From: Chiloscyllium plagiosum
Lineage: Eukaryota
Reading direction: 5' to 3'
NCBI RefSeq assembly: GCF_004010195.1
Contig: NC_057746.1
Location: forward strand, 676,138-733,672
Length of the DNA stretch: 57,535 nt
Positions 25,818 to 38,074 of the stretch are shown in pieces; the stretch's first letter is position 1, and every line of letters begins with the position of its first letter. The notes beneath the pieces were generated by a model. The model made no database searches, had not been told where the DNA came from, and worked only from the letters and a program-made list of their open reading frames with translations. Position numbers and translations under genes: made by a program.

Positions 25818-26365
25818 AATGTGCCTATGCAGAGGAAGTCTGGAGAGGAATGCAGTGGTGTTTGTCGAGGTTCGTCCCGAGCAGCGCCGTGACGCGGGAC
25901 TCCATGCTCTACGGCCTGTTCCCCGGGACGCACACCGAGACGAACATCAACTGTGCCTGGAGGATCATCAACTCGGTGAAGGACGCTCTCTGGGTGGTCC
26001 GAAACCTGCTGATCTTCCAGCTGAAGGAGTTGACCCTGACTGAGTGCTGCAGACTGGCACATTCCATGGTCTAGGACTACGTGTTGAGGGACGCGCTGAA
26101 GGGCAGCTGCCGCCAAGGCGTGGTGGGGAAAGACCACCGTGTAACATCTGCCTGCCTAAAGAAGAACAGGGGGCCCATGCAGTCATTTGGGCTCTGCTGA
26201 CGCCTCAGCTAATTATATGGGCATATGATGGAAAAATGTACAGACCTGTATAAAAATGATAAATTCTGATCTCTGTATGTACATGTTTACATATGTATGG
26301 CATGACCAACTGTACAGACCATCAAATTATTTTATGAATAAAGTATATTTTTGAAATAAAAAAAA
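25818..26365 (+). mobile_element. Tx1-clade non-LTR retrotransposon, 5'-truncated 3' end
   Basis: ORF2 C-terminus (YGLFPGTHTETNINCAWRIINSVKDALW), 3' UTR with AATAAA and A tail; near-identical to 30124-30562. Confidence 0.8.
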
Positions 26366-26386
26366 TGTTTACAATTGTTGTGCAAT

Positions 26387-27565
26387 ACTCCCTGTGCTGG
26401 TTTTATTTGAGATATTTGCTGTTCTGCACGGTGTAAACACTCCCTGTGGTGGTTTTATTTGTGATATTTGCTGTTCTGCATGGTGTAAACACTCCCTATG
26501 CTGGTTTTATTTGAGATATTTGCTGTTCTGCATGGTGTAAACACTCCCTGTGCTGGTTTTATTTGAGATATTTGCTGTTCTGCATGGTGTAAACACCCCC
26601 TATGCTGGTTTTATTTGAGATATTTGCTGTTCTGCACCGTGTAAACACCCCTGTGCTGGTTTTATTTGTGATATTTGCTGTTCTGCACGGTGTAAACACT
26701 CCCTGTGGTGGTTTTATTTGTAATATTTGCTGTTCTGCACGGTGTAAACACTCCCTGTGCTGGTTTTATTTGTGATATTTGGTGTTCTGCACGGTGTAAA
26801 CATCCCCTGTGCTGGTTTTATTTGAGATATTTGCTGTTCTGCACGGTGTAAACACTCCCTGTGCTGGTTTTATTTGAGATATTTGCTGTTCTGCACGGTG
26901 TTTACACTCCTTGTGCTGGTTTTATTTGAGATATTTGCTGTTCTGCATGGTGTAAACACTCCCTGTGCTGGTTTTATTTGTGATATTTGCTGTTCTGTAC
27001 GGTGCAAACACTCCCTGTGCTGGTTTTATTTGTGGTATTTGGTGTTCTGCACGGTGTAAACACTCCCTGTGCTGGTTTTATTTGAGATATTTGCTGTTCT
27101 GCATGGTGTAAACACTCCCAGTGCTGGTTTATTTGAGATATTTGGTGTTCTGCACGGTGTAAACACTCCCTGTGCTGGTTTTATTTGTGATATTTGGTGT
27201 TCTGCACGGTGTAAACACCCCCTGTGCTGGTTTTATTTGAGATATTTGCTGTTCTGCACGGTGTACACACCGCCTGTGCTGGTTTTATTTGAGATATTTG
27301 CTGTTCTGCACGGTGTAAACACCCCCTGTGCTGGTTTTATTTGTGATATTTGGTGTTCTGCATGGTGTAAACATCCCCTGTGCTGGTTTTATTTGAGATA
27401 TTTGGTGTTCTGCACGGTGTAAACACTCCCAGTGCTGGTTTTATTTGAGATATTTGATGTTCTGCACGGTGTACACACCGCCTGTGCTGGTTTTATTTGA
27501 GATATTTGCTGTTGTGCACGGTGTAAACACTCCCTGTGCTGGTTTTATTTGAGATATTTGCTGTT
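26387..27565. repeat. 52-bp tandem minisatellite, ~22-23 copies
   Basis: Unit CTCCCTGTGCTGGTTTTATTTGAGATATTTGCTGTTCTGCACGGTGTAAACA, no spacers. Confidence 0.95.
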
Positions 27566-27759
27566 TGAGATATTTGAGATATTTATCTCCTCTCCCGAAC
27601 ACACCCTGGTTTGTTGTGGTGAGTCTTGCCGCGGTATCTGTACATTCAGCTCTAAGGCAGAAGGTTGTGTTGCATCAAGTTCCACAAAATATTAACAAAT
27701 ACCACCTCGGCAGAAGCTTCAATGTGGATGTCCCCCTTTTCCCAACAACGTCTGCCTGT

Positions 27760-28238
27760 CCGACTGACTCACTCACTCAAGGGTGGGACACAGACAGACT
27801 TGTAACCTCACACCTTTTAACGCATTGTCTGAGCTGAGATGTCACTTTGTTATAAAACCTTAAATTATCTCGAGAATGTAACTGTGTGAAAGAAGTTCTG
27901 GGATTTGCATATTAATGAATCCAAACCTGCAACCCATTCTAAAAGATGATTTGGAGATGCCGGTGTTGGACTGCGGTGGGCAAAGTTAAAATTCACACAA
28001 CACCAGGTTATAGTCCAACAGGTTTATTTGGAAGCACTGGCTTTCGGAGCGGTGGCCATTCATCGGGTAACAAGTGGAACTGGGCACAGAATTTACAGCA
28101 AAAGATTACAATGATACATTGAACAAACCTAGACTGTTAAGTCTTTCATTTTTTACAATGGATTTGCTGGTTTCGGTTCTTTAATATGTAAATCCCGGAA
28201 CTTTTGTTAAGATAAAGTTAAAAATCATACAACACCAG
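27760..28238. mobile_element. Second Penelope-like family fragments
   Basis: AAAGTTAAAATTCACACAACACCAGGTTATAGTCCAACAGG shared in reverse with 54870-55032; decayed hammerhead at ~28037-28068. Confidence 0.55.
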
Positions 28239-28239
28239 A

Positions 28240-28523
28240 GAGCCTAGGTTTAGGGTGAGAGGGGAAAGATATAAAAGGGACCTAAGGGGCAACTTTTTCA
28301 CTCAGAAGGAGGTGCATATATGGCCTGAGCTGCTGGAGGAAGTGGTGGAGGCTGGTACAATTACAGCATTTAAAAGGCATCTGGATGGGTATATGAATAG
28401 GAAGGGTTTAGAGGGATATGGGCCAAGTGCTGGCAAATGGGACTAGACTAGGTTAGGATATCTTGGAATGGACGAGTTGAACTGAAAAGTCTGTTTCCGT
28501 GATGTACATCTCTCTGACTCTAT
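28240..28523 (+). mobile_element. CR1 LINE 3' end
   Basis: Same tail as 1-414. Confidence 0.85.
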
Positions 28524-28806
28524 GGGCAATAAGTGCTGCTCCAGACAGCAATGTCCTTGTTGCATAAATTAATAAATAGAGCAGTCACAGTCATCAGATA
28601 GAACACTTTGATTACCATAAGGGAATCCTCTGATAAAGCACTTGAATATGTGACCCCCCTAATAAGGCACAGTCACCGTTCGGGCACTGCGATAAAGTAC
28701 TATTGATGTAAAGGGTTTACGTTTGCTACACCTGCAGTCAGAGCAAGGGTCTGCCTGCTGCAGCACTTGTAAGCGACCCCCTTTTACAGGACAGTTAGGA
28801 CACAGG

Positions 28807-30562
28807 TATAAACTGGAAGATGGCCCGGGTGACTGCAGCGGCACTGGTTCTGGGAATAGGCCAGACCTGTGCCACGTATAACAGCAATGACAGTGCCTCA
28901 CACCTGATGACCAGGTTTTTTCTCGCGATGGAGAGCAACCGTAGCTTCCATCTGCCCAGTTTCTGCCTCACTTTGCTGATATACTCCTCCCAAGACTTGG
29001 CGTACGCCCCAGCCCCTCCAAACCAAATACCCAGCACCTTCAGGTGGTCGGTCCTGACGGGGAAGGGGATCGAGGATTGGTCGGCCCAGTTCCCGAAGAG
29101 CATGGCCTCGCTCTTGCCTCGGTTTGCCTTGGCCCCCAAGGCCCGTTCGAACTGGTCACAAATGCACATGAGTCTGCGCACGGACAGCGGATCCGAGCAG
29201 AAAACGGCGACGTCATCCATGTACAGGGAGGCCAAAGGATGCGAGCCTGAGAGGGGTGACTATTCCTGGCAGCGGGGGTCTGCAGGTTAAGGCCTCCCTG
29301 TACATGGATGACGTCGCCGTTTTCTGCTCGGATCTGCTGTCCGTGCGCATAAAACTGTCTCTTCGGGAACTGGGAATCCTCGATCCCCTTCACCGTCAGG
29401 ACCGACCACCTGAAGGTGCTGGGTATTTGGTTCGGGGGGGGCTGGGGCGTGCGCCAGTCTTGGGAGGAGCGTATCAGCAAAGTGAGGCAGAAACTGGAGA
29501 GATGGAAGCTACGGTCGCTCTCCATCGCGGGAAAAAACCTGGTCATCAGGTGTGAGGCACTGACATTGCTGTTATACGTGGCACAAGTCTGGCCTATTCC
29601 CAGAACCTGTGCCGCTGCAGTCACCCGGGCCATCTTCCAGTTTATATGGAGGTCAAAGATGGACCGGGTCCGAAGGGACTCACTGTATAAAGATCTGGGC
29701 AACGGGGGAAAAAATACACCCAATGCCACCCTCAACCTGATGGCCACCTTTGTGTGTGGCTGCATCAAGCTGTGCGTGGATCCCCGGTACGCAAACACCA
29801 AGTGTCACTACGTACTGAGGTTCTACCTGTCCCCGATGTTGCGAAGGATGGGCCTGGCCTCGCTGCCACGGAACGCTCCGAGTAGTTGGACCGATCCGTA
29901 TCACCTGTCCTTCGTGGAGAAGTTTATGAAGAAAAACACCTTTGACCAAAAGTCCATCAGGAAGTGGTCAGCACCTAGTGTCCTTGAGACCCTTCTGGAA
30001 AAGGAGAGGGCGGATCCTATCGAGCGGTTCACTGAGCAGACTGTCAAAGCCATTTGGCAGAATGCCTCATCACCAGAACTTTCCAACAAGCACCAAGACA
30101 TGGCTTGGCTGGTGGTGAAAAGGCACCGAGACGAACATCAACTGCGCCTGGAGGATCATCAACTCAGTGAAGGGCGCTCTCTGGGTGGTCCGAAACCTGC
30201 TGATCTTCCAGCTGAAGTAGTTGACCCCGACTGAGTGCTGCAGTCTGGCACATTCCAAGGTCCAGGACTACGTGTTGAGGGATGCGCTGGAGCTTGGGGC
30301 AGCTGCCGCCAAGGCGCGGTGGGGGAAGACCACTGTGTAAAGTCTGCCTGCCTAATGAAGAACAGGGGGTCCATGCAGTCATTTGGGCTCTGCTGACGCC
30401 TCAGCTAAATATGTGGGCATATGATTGAAAAATGTACAGACCTGTATAAAAATGATAAATTCTGATCTCTGTATGTACATGTTTACATATGTATGGCATG
30501 ACCAACTGTACAGACCATCAAATTATTTTATGAATAAAGTATATTTTTGAAATTAAAAAAAA
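28807..30562 (+). mobile_element. Tx1-clade LINE with inverted 5' segment, internal deletion and TSD
   Basis: RT motif YMDD on both strands (inverted 28807-29235; forward from ~29240); ORF2 peptide LKVLGIWF...WKLRSLSIAGKNLVI; A tail at 30555-30562; AGTTAGGACACAGGTATAAAC at 28793-28813 and 30562-30582. Confidence 0.9.
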
Positions 30563-30939
30563 GTTAGGACACAGGTATAAACAACACTGGCTGCAGAGCA
30601 CTGTAACTGCAGAGAAATACCTTTTTCAGCATTTTCATTGTAACATACCCCTGTTGCAGGGATTCACTAGTACAGCACTGATTTTAGGTAACATCCACCC
30701 CCTTCTGCAGAAAAGCCAGTGTGAAAATACTCACTATTGCACTGTCAGTGTACAGGAGGCACTGTTACAGTACTGTTTCTACAAGACATCCACTGTTATT
30801 CAACGTAAGGGACCTCCATTACAGTACTGTCATTGTAAGAGATCACCTGCTACAACCCCTCAATGTATGCAATCTTCTGTTACACAATATTAGTGTAACA
30901 GGGCCCCTCTTACAAAAGAGAACAGTATACAGTACACCA

Positions 30940-31697
30940 TGTTATGATCCCAGTTGATGGGAAAATTTAGACAAATCAGATCCCAGAGTTAAACATGGCT
31001 TAATATATCATATGCTTAAGTTTGGAAGTTGGTTACCATGGTGCTTTCTCACAAACATGTTTAAATGAGGTTGCAGATGTCCTTTAACAACAGAAGCGAA
31101 GTTTATTACGCGAAAAAATAAAGAACATTACAAAGATCTTAACACTTACAGCAAAACAAAGTTTCAACCTGTTTTTCAAACACTATCATCTCACAGAGAT
31201 TTCAATTCAGAGAAAAGAAATATTGCCTCTATCACAACTGTTTAATTTGTTACTTGACCAACTCTTCAGTGTCTTTTTCTGGGACATTGAGACAGTTTGA
31301 TGAGTCTGTTGACATGAACCTGACGTAATTCTAATGGCCTATACATCAGCTGGAACACTTCTATACATGCTCTCATCGTGGAAACTCCATAGACTAAAAC
31401 CACTTCTGTTAGAATGCAGGATTCCCCTGAATTAAACTCCTGATTTGTCTACACTGAAACCAAAAGTCAAAACAATAGTGTTTGGTCTGTTGTCAAACTC
31501 AGCAGCATAAACATTATATCCATTACCACCCTAGGTGTCCTGCCAGGCACTGAATTGCAGGCACATACCTTCTTGGCAATTTTGCACTTCGGCCACTGTT
31601 CCAAATGACTTTTTGACCTTTCTTCAAAAAAAGACACCTTTACAGTACTAACCCATATATATCTGCCTCTCCATTAAAACCCAAATCTCAAATGACA
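30940..31697 (-). mobile_element. Candidate solo LTR
   Basis: Begins TGTTAT, ends ATGACA; minus-strand AATAAA near 31102; no clear TSD. Confidence 0.35.
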
Positions 31698-32892
31698 AAC
31701 TGGAGTTTGTGAGGAGCAGATTGCTCCCCGTTACTATTATGAAAGGAGGGAACTCCACATTTCTGAGAGGTGATTTCAATCAGTACTCCTTAAGAAATGC
31801 CAAACCGTACTTCATTATGACAGTTCTGTCACAGCATGGAGCTATCAGGGAAAGACAACTGCATCCCCTTTTCACAACAGTCAGCTGCCACCGTCTGAAA
31901 TGTAAAGGTGTTGACAGCTGCTGTATAAGGTAAGTGTAATGTTAGATGCTGGGAGGGTTGATGCTAGATAATAGGGGGCCTAGGGTTCGAGATATGTAGG
32001 GTGCTAGGAATAGGATGACTGGTGAGTAGGGGATAGGTTGTCAGGTGAGAACAAAGCAGGGTGCCAGGGTGAAGGTGGCAAGTTGGCCAGGTAAGCACTG
32101 CAGTGTTTATGGTAGGTCTGGGTCAGTGGGAGAAATCGGGGAGGGTGGGTTTTAGGTCTGAGGATTTCTGGTTCATGGTTGGCGGGGGGGCAGTGCCGAG
32201 ACTCAAGTTGTGTCTGGCAGTAGGGGTGGGTCCGGTCTGAGGATGTTGGGAATCTAGCAGTGGAGGGATGAGAGAGAATAGGAAGTATGCCAGGAACGGG
32301 TGTCAGATCATGTTAAGTATGGGGGAAATAGTTCGGAATGTCAGTGTTAAGTATGGGGGAAATTTAAGAGTTACTCAGGAGTTAATACATATATGACAGT
32401 CTAACATTTTCTCTGTAACTATTTATGTAATTTAATTGGAACCCTCGAAAGAGAGTGGTTTAAATGGAGACTTTCAGAGGTTCTAGGTAAAGAGGAAAAT
32501 GTCCAGTGAAATCTTAATTTCCAGGCAATTCCTTTGGAGTCAGCTACAGTGAAGTTTCCTTCATACCGCAACTCCCAACTACTCTGAAATAACGACTGTC
32601 TGGTCAGTAGAAAATCTGGACTGATATATTTATAGTACACACCTTTTATCACCACACAAACACCCAATAATCCACTTTGTTTTCATTTAGGGGATCAGAA
32701 AAACATTAAGGGAGATTTTAATAGGAGAATGAAGCAACAGCCTCTGTTTAACTCCCAGAGATAAAAGACATATGTCCTGAAGGGACAACAGACAGAAAGC
32801 AGAAAGAAATTCAAACAACAAAGCAAGTAGGTCAAATATGAAAAGTAGTTGTAGAGAACCAGAAATTAGAAAAAGTTTCAAAAGGAGTGCAC

Positions 32893-33209
32893 GGGGCGGC
32901 ACAGTGGTTAGCACTGCTGCCTCACAGCGCCAGAGACCCGGGTTCAATTCCCTCCTCAGGCACTGACTGTGTGGAGTTGGCACATTCTCCCCGTGTCTGC
33001 GTGGGTTTCCTCCGGGTGCTCCGGTTTCCTCCCACAGTCACAAAGATGTGCAGGTCAGGTGAATTGGCCATGCTAAATTGCCCGTAGTGTTAGGTAAGGG
33101 GTAAATGTAGGGGAATGGGTCTGGGTGGGTTGTGCTTCAGTGGGTCGGTGTGGACTTGTTGGGCCGAAGGGCCTGTTTCCACACTGTAAGTAATCTAATC
33201 TAATCTAAT
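32893..33209 (+). mobile_element. HE1-type V-SINE, young full-length copy
   Basis: CpG-rich, intact head and V-domain, (TAATC)n tail. Confidence 0.9.
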
Positions 33210-33526
33210 GGTAGAAGGAATAAGACGCTTGGAAGATCAAGAAAGAAAACAGTGGGGAAAGTGAGGGCCCATGAATGAAGGGGATTCCTTCTGGTGTACA
33301 GGGACTGTTAGCCTGTAAATCCCCTCAGTGTTCTCCCTGCTCACATTAGCATGACTCACTCACATCAGCACTCTTTCACTTTCAGTTGGCGGTGGAAGAA
33401 GTTTCAAGACATTGCTAACATTCACTAGAAGCAGACACTCCTATACATTCCAGAGCATATACACAGTTATGTTTTTCAGTCAATCCTCAATGTTTCCCCA
33501 GCAGGCTCATCATCTTATTCCTATTA

Positions 33527-33836
33527 TGGGTGGCATGCTGGCTCAGTGGTTAGCAGTGCTGCCTCATAGCAGCAGGGATCTGGGTTCAATTCCAGCCTCA
33601 GCTGACTGTCTGTATGGAGTTTGCATATTCTCTCCATGGCTGCATGGGTTTCCTCCCACAGCCCAAAGATGTGCAGGTCAGGTGAATGGGCCATGCTAAA
33701 TTGCCCAAGGTGTCAAGTGCATTAGTCAGAGAGAAATGTAGGGGAATGGGTCTGGTGGATTACTCTTTGGAGGGTAAATGTGGACTTGTTAGGCCGAAGG
33801 GCCTGTTTCCATTCTGTAGGGGTTCTAATCTAATCT
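33527..33836 (+). mobile_element. HE1-type V-SINE, older copy
   Basis: Same structure with CpG decay. Confidence 0.8.
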
Positions 33837-34336
33837 ATTATTTTAGCCTCAGGAAAATATGATTTGCAGGAGTATAGGTTAGATCAAGACTCCTCTGTTC
33901 CTACTGCAAATCCTGAATGGGAATCTGAACAGATTTTAAACAACTCGGCTATATCAATCAAACTACACCACCTGATTCCACTGATAGCTCCCAACACAAC
34001 TCCAATCACACAGACAGTTCCCAGGAGTGAGCTGGAGAGAGAAAGGAAGCCAGTGGTTAGGAGGGGATACCAGAGGGATGTGGGCTGGGAGGAAGGAAAG
34101 GATATTGCGTGGAGGAGTGTGTTTGTGTGTGTGCAGGGACGAAAGGGGGTGGGGGAAATCAAGTGGTCTGGAGTGCAGCAGCAGAGGGAGAAAGAGGAGT
34201 CAGTGCACATCAGGGGAGAGAGGGAAGGTAGATGTGGGGAGAGGAAAGAGTAAATGCGTGCAGGTAAAGGGAAAGGGTGAGGTGGGAGGGCGAAGCTGGG
34301 GTATGTGGAAGTAGAGGCTGGAGGTAGGTACAAGAC

Positions 34337-34846
34337 NNNNNNNNNNNNNNNNNNNNNNNNNNNNNNNNNNNNNNNNNNNNNNNNNNNNNNNNNNNNNNNN
34401 NNNNNNNNNNNNNNNNNNNNNNNNNNNNNNNNNNNNNNNNNNNNNNNNNNNNNNNNNNNNNNNNNNNNNNNNNNNNNNNNNNNNNNNNNNNNNNNNNNNN
34501 NNNNNNNNNNNNNNNNNNNNNNNNNNNNNNNNNNNNNNNNNNNNNNNNNNNNNNNNNNNNNNNNNNNNNNNNNNNNNNNNNNNNNNNNNNNNNNNNNNNN
34601 NNNNNNNNNNNNNNNNNNNNNNNNNNNNNNNNNNNNNNNNNNNNNNNNNNNNNNNNNNNNNNNNNNNNNNNNNNNNNNNNNNNNNNNNNNNNNNNNNNNN
34701 NNNNNNNNNNNNNNNNNNNNNNNNNNNNNNNNNNNNNNNNNNNNNNNNNNNNNNNNNNNNNNNNNNNNNNNNNNNNNNNNNNNNNNNNNNNNNNNNNNNN
34801 NNNNNNNNNNNNNNNNNNNNNNNNNNNNNNNNNNNNNNNNNNNNNN
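34337..34846. other. Assembly gap (510 N)
   Basis: N run. Confidence 1.
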
Positions 34847-34974
34847 CCTGAAGAAGGGCTTATGCCCGAAACGTCGATTCTCCTGTTCCTTGGATGCTGC
34901 CTGACCTGCTGCGCTTTTCCAGCAACACATTTTCAGCTCTGATCTCCAGCATCTGCAGCCCTCACTTTCTCCTC
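34847..34974 (+). mobile_element. Penelope terminal repeat with intact hammerhead motif (34848-34875)
   Basis: CTGAAGA-A-GGGC-TTAT-GCCC-GAAA-CGTC. Confidence 0.8.
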
Positions 34975-34975
34975 A

Positions 34976-35232
34976 GGGCCCCGGTTCAATTGCATCCTCA
35001 GGCGACTGTCTATGTGGAGTTTGCACATTCTCCCCGTGTGTGCGTGGGTTTTCTCTGGGTTCCTCCCACAGTCCAAAGATGTCCAGATCAGGTGAATTGG
35101 CCATGTTAAATTGCCCGTAGTGTTAGGTGCATTAGTCAGAGGGAAATGGATCTGGGTGGGTTACTCTTCGGAGGGTCGGTGTGGACTTGTTGGGCCGAAG
35201 GGCTTGTTTCCACACTGTAGGGAATCTAATCT
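34976..35232 (+). mobile_element. HE1-type V-SINE, 5'-truncated
   Basis: B box, V-domain and tail. Confidence 0.8.
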
Positions 35233-37633
35233 TAACATTACATACCCATTTTGCATATTTTCTTGTGTTTTAATCCTTCTCTGGATTAACTACACCACCT
35301 CAATTTGACTACAGTCTCAAAAATTTGATTTGGATTCAGAAATAGGATCACGCAGGTAGTCATGAATCTACTAAGCAATACCTTGGTTGAAGGATTCTTG
35401 GAAATCCAAACATAATTGCCGGAACTTTGATGTAAGTCCTGAAGCCATCACTGACTACACTGTTGTTGCAGTAGGAACTTCTTCTTTTTATTAGCTATGT
35501 CAAGGCCAACAGTCAGGACAAATGGTGAGGTTTTGCATTGCAGTCCATTGCTAGCGAGCCCACACCCTCCAATGCTGTGACCATGCCCCTTTAGCTCCAT
35601 GACAAGTGTATTGTTATTTTAAATGTTCCAAAACAGTGGTTTTCAAACTAATACGTTCTTTTGAAGAGACTTTTGTGACAGAGGGTGAAAGGTAGAAATA
35701 CAGTCAGACGGAGGGAGGAGAGACAGATGCAGAGCGAGATAGAAATGGAGACAGAGAGGCCAGAACTGAAACAGAGTTCCCATGAACTCAGAGACCCCAG
35801 GTACTGAAAGGAGATGTAGTGAAACTGAGTGCTGAATCTTACTTTATTTTGGAAAAGGGTTGTTTTTGTGAAGTTTCTTTGAGGCTTTCTCTTCACAAAG
35901 TCCAGCGAGTATCCTCGTGCTTTTCTCCCCCTCTGGCCTCATTACCCAGAGGGGAAAAAAAATCAGTAATGCTCTACTTGGGAGTGAATGTGCTGGAATG
36001 ATTACATTGTTCTGTCGTATACAAGTGTGTGTCATTTGCACATTTTACTGCTTTTTCTTTCTGGCTAACTTCCTGCCGCACCTTGTCTGATTCTAGATCG
36101 ATTTTCCCGATTGCCATTGCTGACATTCCGTGAGATTCCCAGGATTGCTGGCTCCAGTGCCACCTTTAAAAAGCCCTTGTGGACCTGGACAAGCACCATC
36201 AGACCACCATCTTACACAGTTCATGAAGTTTGCTCCGAAAATGGAGGAGAAATTGGCACCCCATTTTGTAGAAATGGATTTGAAGATCCCATTGGACAGG
36301 TTGGTTCAGAGGAGGCCAGACCCTGCCAGCCTGGTCTGAGGTTGTCACCTGGGTCCGTGTAGTCTCAGCTGTCTCAGGGAACGTCCAGCAGTGTATGAAG
36401 TCAACAACCTTCACCATTCTACTCTGCTACCTTACACTCACTCTATCGCCCCTATTGCACCCAGCTCCCACCAAGGCTTGTCTGCTACACTCACCTTTGC
36501 AAGCAATATCTTTCCTCAGCCAGTCTGGCTGCATCTCTGGAGAGTTAATGTTTAGGTTCTTGTATTTTGCTTTTATAGCATCTCCCCTCACTCGCTGTCA
36601 CCCATTGATCCCCACACCATTGAAGCTGCATGGCCTCTGCACTGCTAACTAACTCAGAACACCTCACCACCTTTCCTTAACCTGTACTTAGCACTAACAG
36701 CTATGCCACCCACTTCCATCTCACTCAATGCCCTCCCCTTTCACTCATTCCAGGGGACAACACACATAATAGCACAGGAAGAGACAAGATAGGTGGTGAG
36801 GTGGCTGACATTCAGCTCCTTGCCCCTGTGTGTAGAGGATCCTAATCCAGACTGGCTGAGTGACTGTACCCAAGCCCCAGGACTGATATCATACTCTGCC
36901 CTTGACTTACTGTGCCAGGTCCCTCTGATGAAGGGTGTCTCTCTTGATTTGACTGAGACCTGTTCCCTTTTGGCTCTGAGACATGATCAGTTGGTGTGGA
37001 GAAGCTGGTGTGTGAGATTCCAGTGTCCCTGGAATATATGTGGGATGTATGTGGCTGCCTCTCATGGAGCATATCCTGTGTCCATGGTAGAGATCCGAAG
37101 GAGGAAGCAGTGATTTGGAGTCTCCACGTACCTCCTCTTACTTTCACCTCAAAACCTCTTGCCATCTAATTTCACTCAGTGGCGTTAGAACAGAAGAATG
37201 TATTTTAATAAGGTGAGATTAGATATTTGTGAGGATAATAATGAGCAATCATCCTCATTGGCCTGTCACTGCACAATGACGAGAGTCTCACTGACTGGAA
37301 AATAATTGAAAAATATAAGTTCCTGATCTGAAAAGTGAGAAAGACCTTGCTCGACATCTCTCATAATTCTCCCAGAAATATTCTGTCCAGTGAGACAGGC
37401 ACCAGATCTAAAGAGTAAAACACAATGAAGGAGTGATTTGTCAAACACACACACACGGAGAGGGGACTTAAACAGGAGGCACAAAGAAACAGATCACAGA
37501 CAGACATACTGAGGCACATGAGGAGAGAGTGAGAGAGAACCAGACCCAAAGAGACCAAGTTATCAGAGAGACTGAAAAACATGATCCAAGAAAGGAAATG
37601 AGAACACCAGAGACACCTTAGACCCATTTTTTT

Positions 37634-37887
37634 TAGATTACTTACAGGGTGGAAACAGGCCCTTCGGCCCAACAAGAGCAACCCACCCAGACCTATTCCC
37701 CTAAACCTAACACTACAGGCAATTTAGCATAGCCAATTCACCTAACCTGAACAATTTTGGACTGTGGGAGGAAACCCACAGAGACATGGGGAGAATGTGC
37801 AAACTCCACACAGTCAGTCGCCTGAGGTGGGAATTGAACCCAGGTCTCTAGCACTATGAGGCAGCAGTGCTAACCACTGTGCCACCA
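37634..37887 (-). mobile_element. HE1-type V-SINE
   Basis: Reverse complement of the consensus. Confidence 0.8.
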
Positions 37888-38074
37888 GAATTACTTTAAT
37901 GGCTGAAAATGAGCAATACCTAATCATGCGAATAAAACAAAACAGCAACATACAATTGCAATTGTAATTACAACATACAAATTACAATTAAGTAATGTTC
38001 AGTATTTAATTAATAAAGTTCACACAAAATAAATATTGTGTTTTTAAACTATTTTGTGAAAATGTTATATTATG

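Noticed and set aside
26387-27565. CRISPR-like regular array and its ORFs
   Set aside because: Pure tandem repeat with no unique spacers, in vertebrate DNA; the ORFs are repeat read-through
32893-32960. tRNA-like sequence with A and B boxes (also at other SINE heads)
   Set aside because: These are tRNA-derived SINE heads continuing into the V-domain, not tRNA genes
33884-34930. 348-aa and 199-aa ORFs
   Set aside because: They span the 510-N gap; flanks are purine-rich low-complexity DNA and a Penelope terminus
36925-36945. CTGATGAAGGG resembling a hammerhead core
   Set aside because: No stem II partner or GAAA follows
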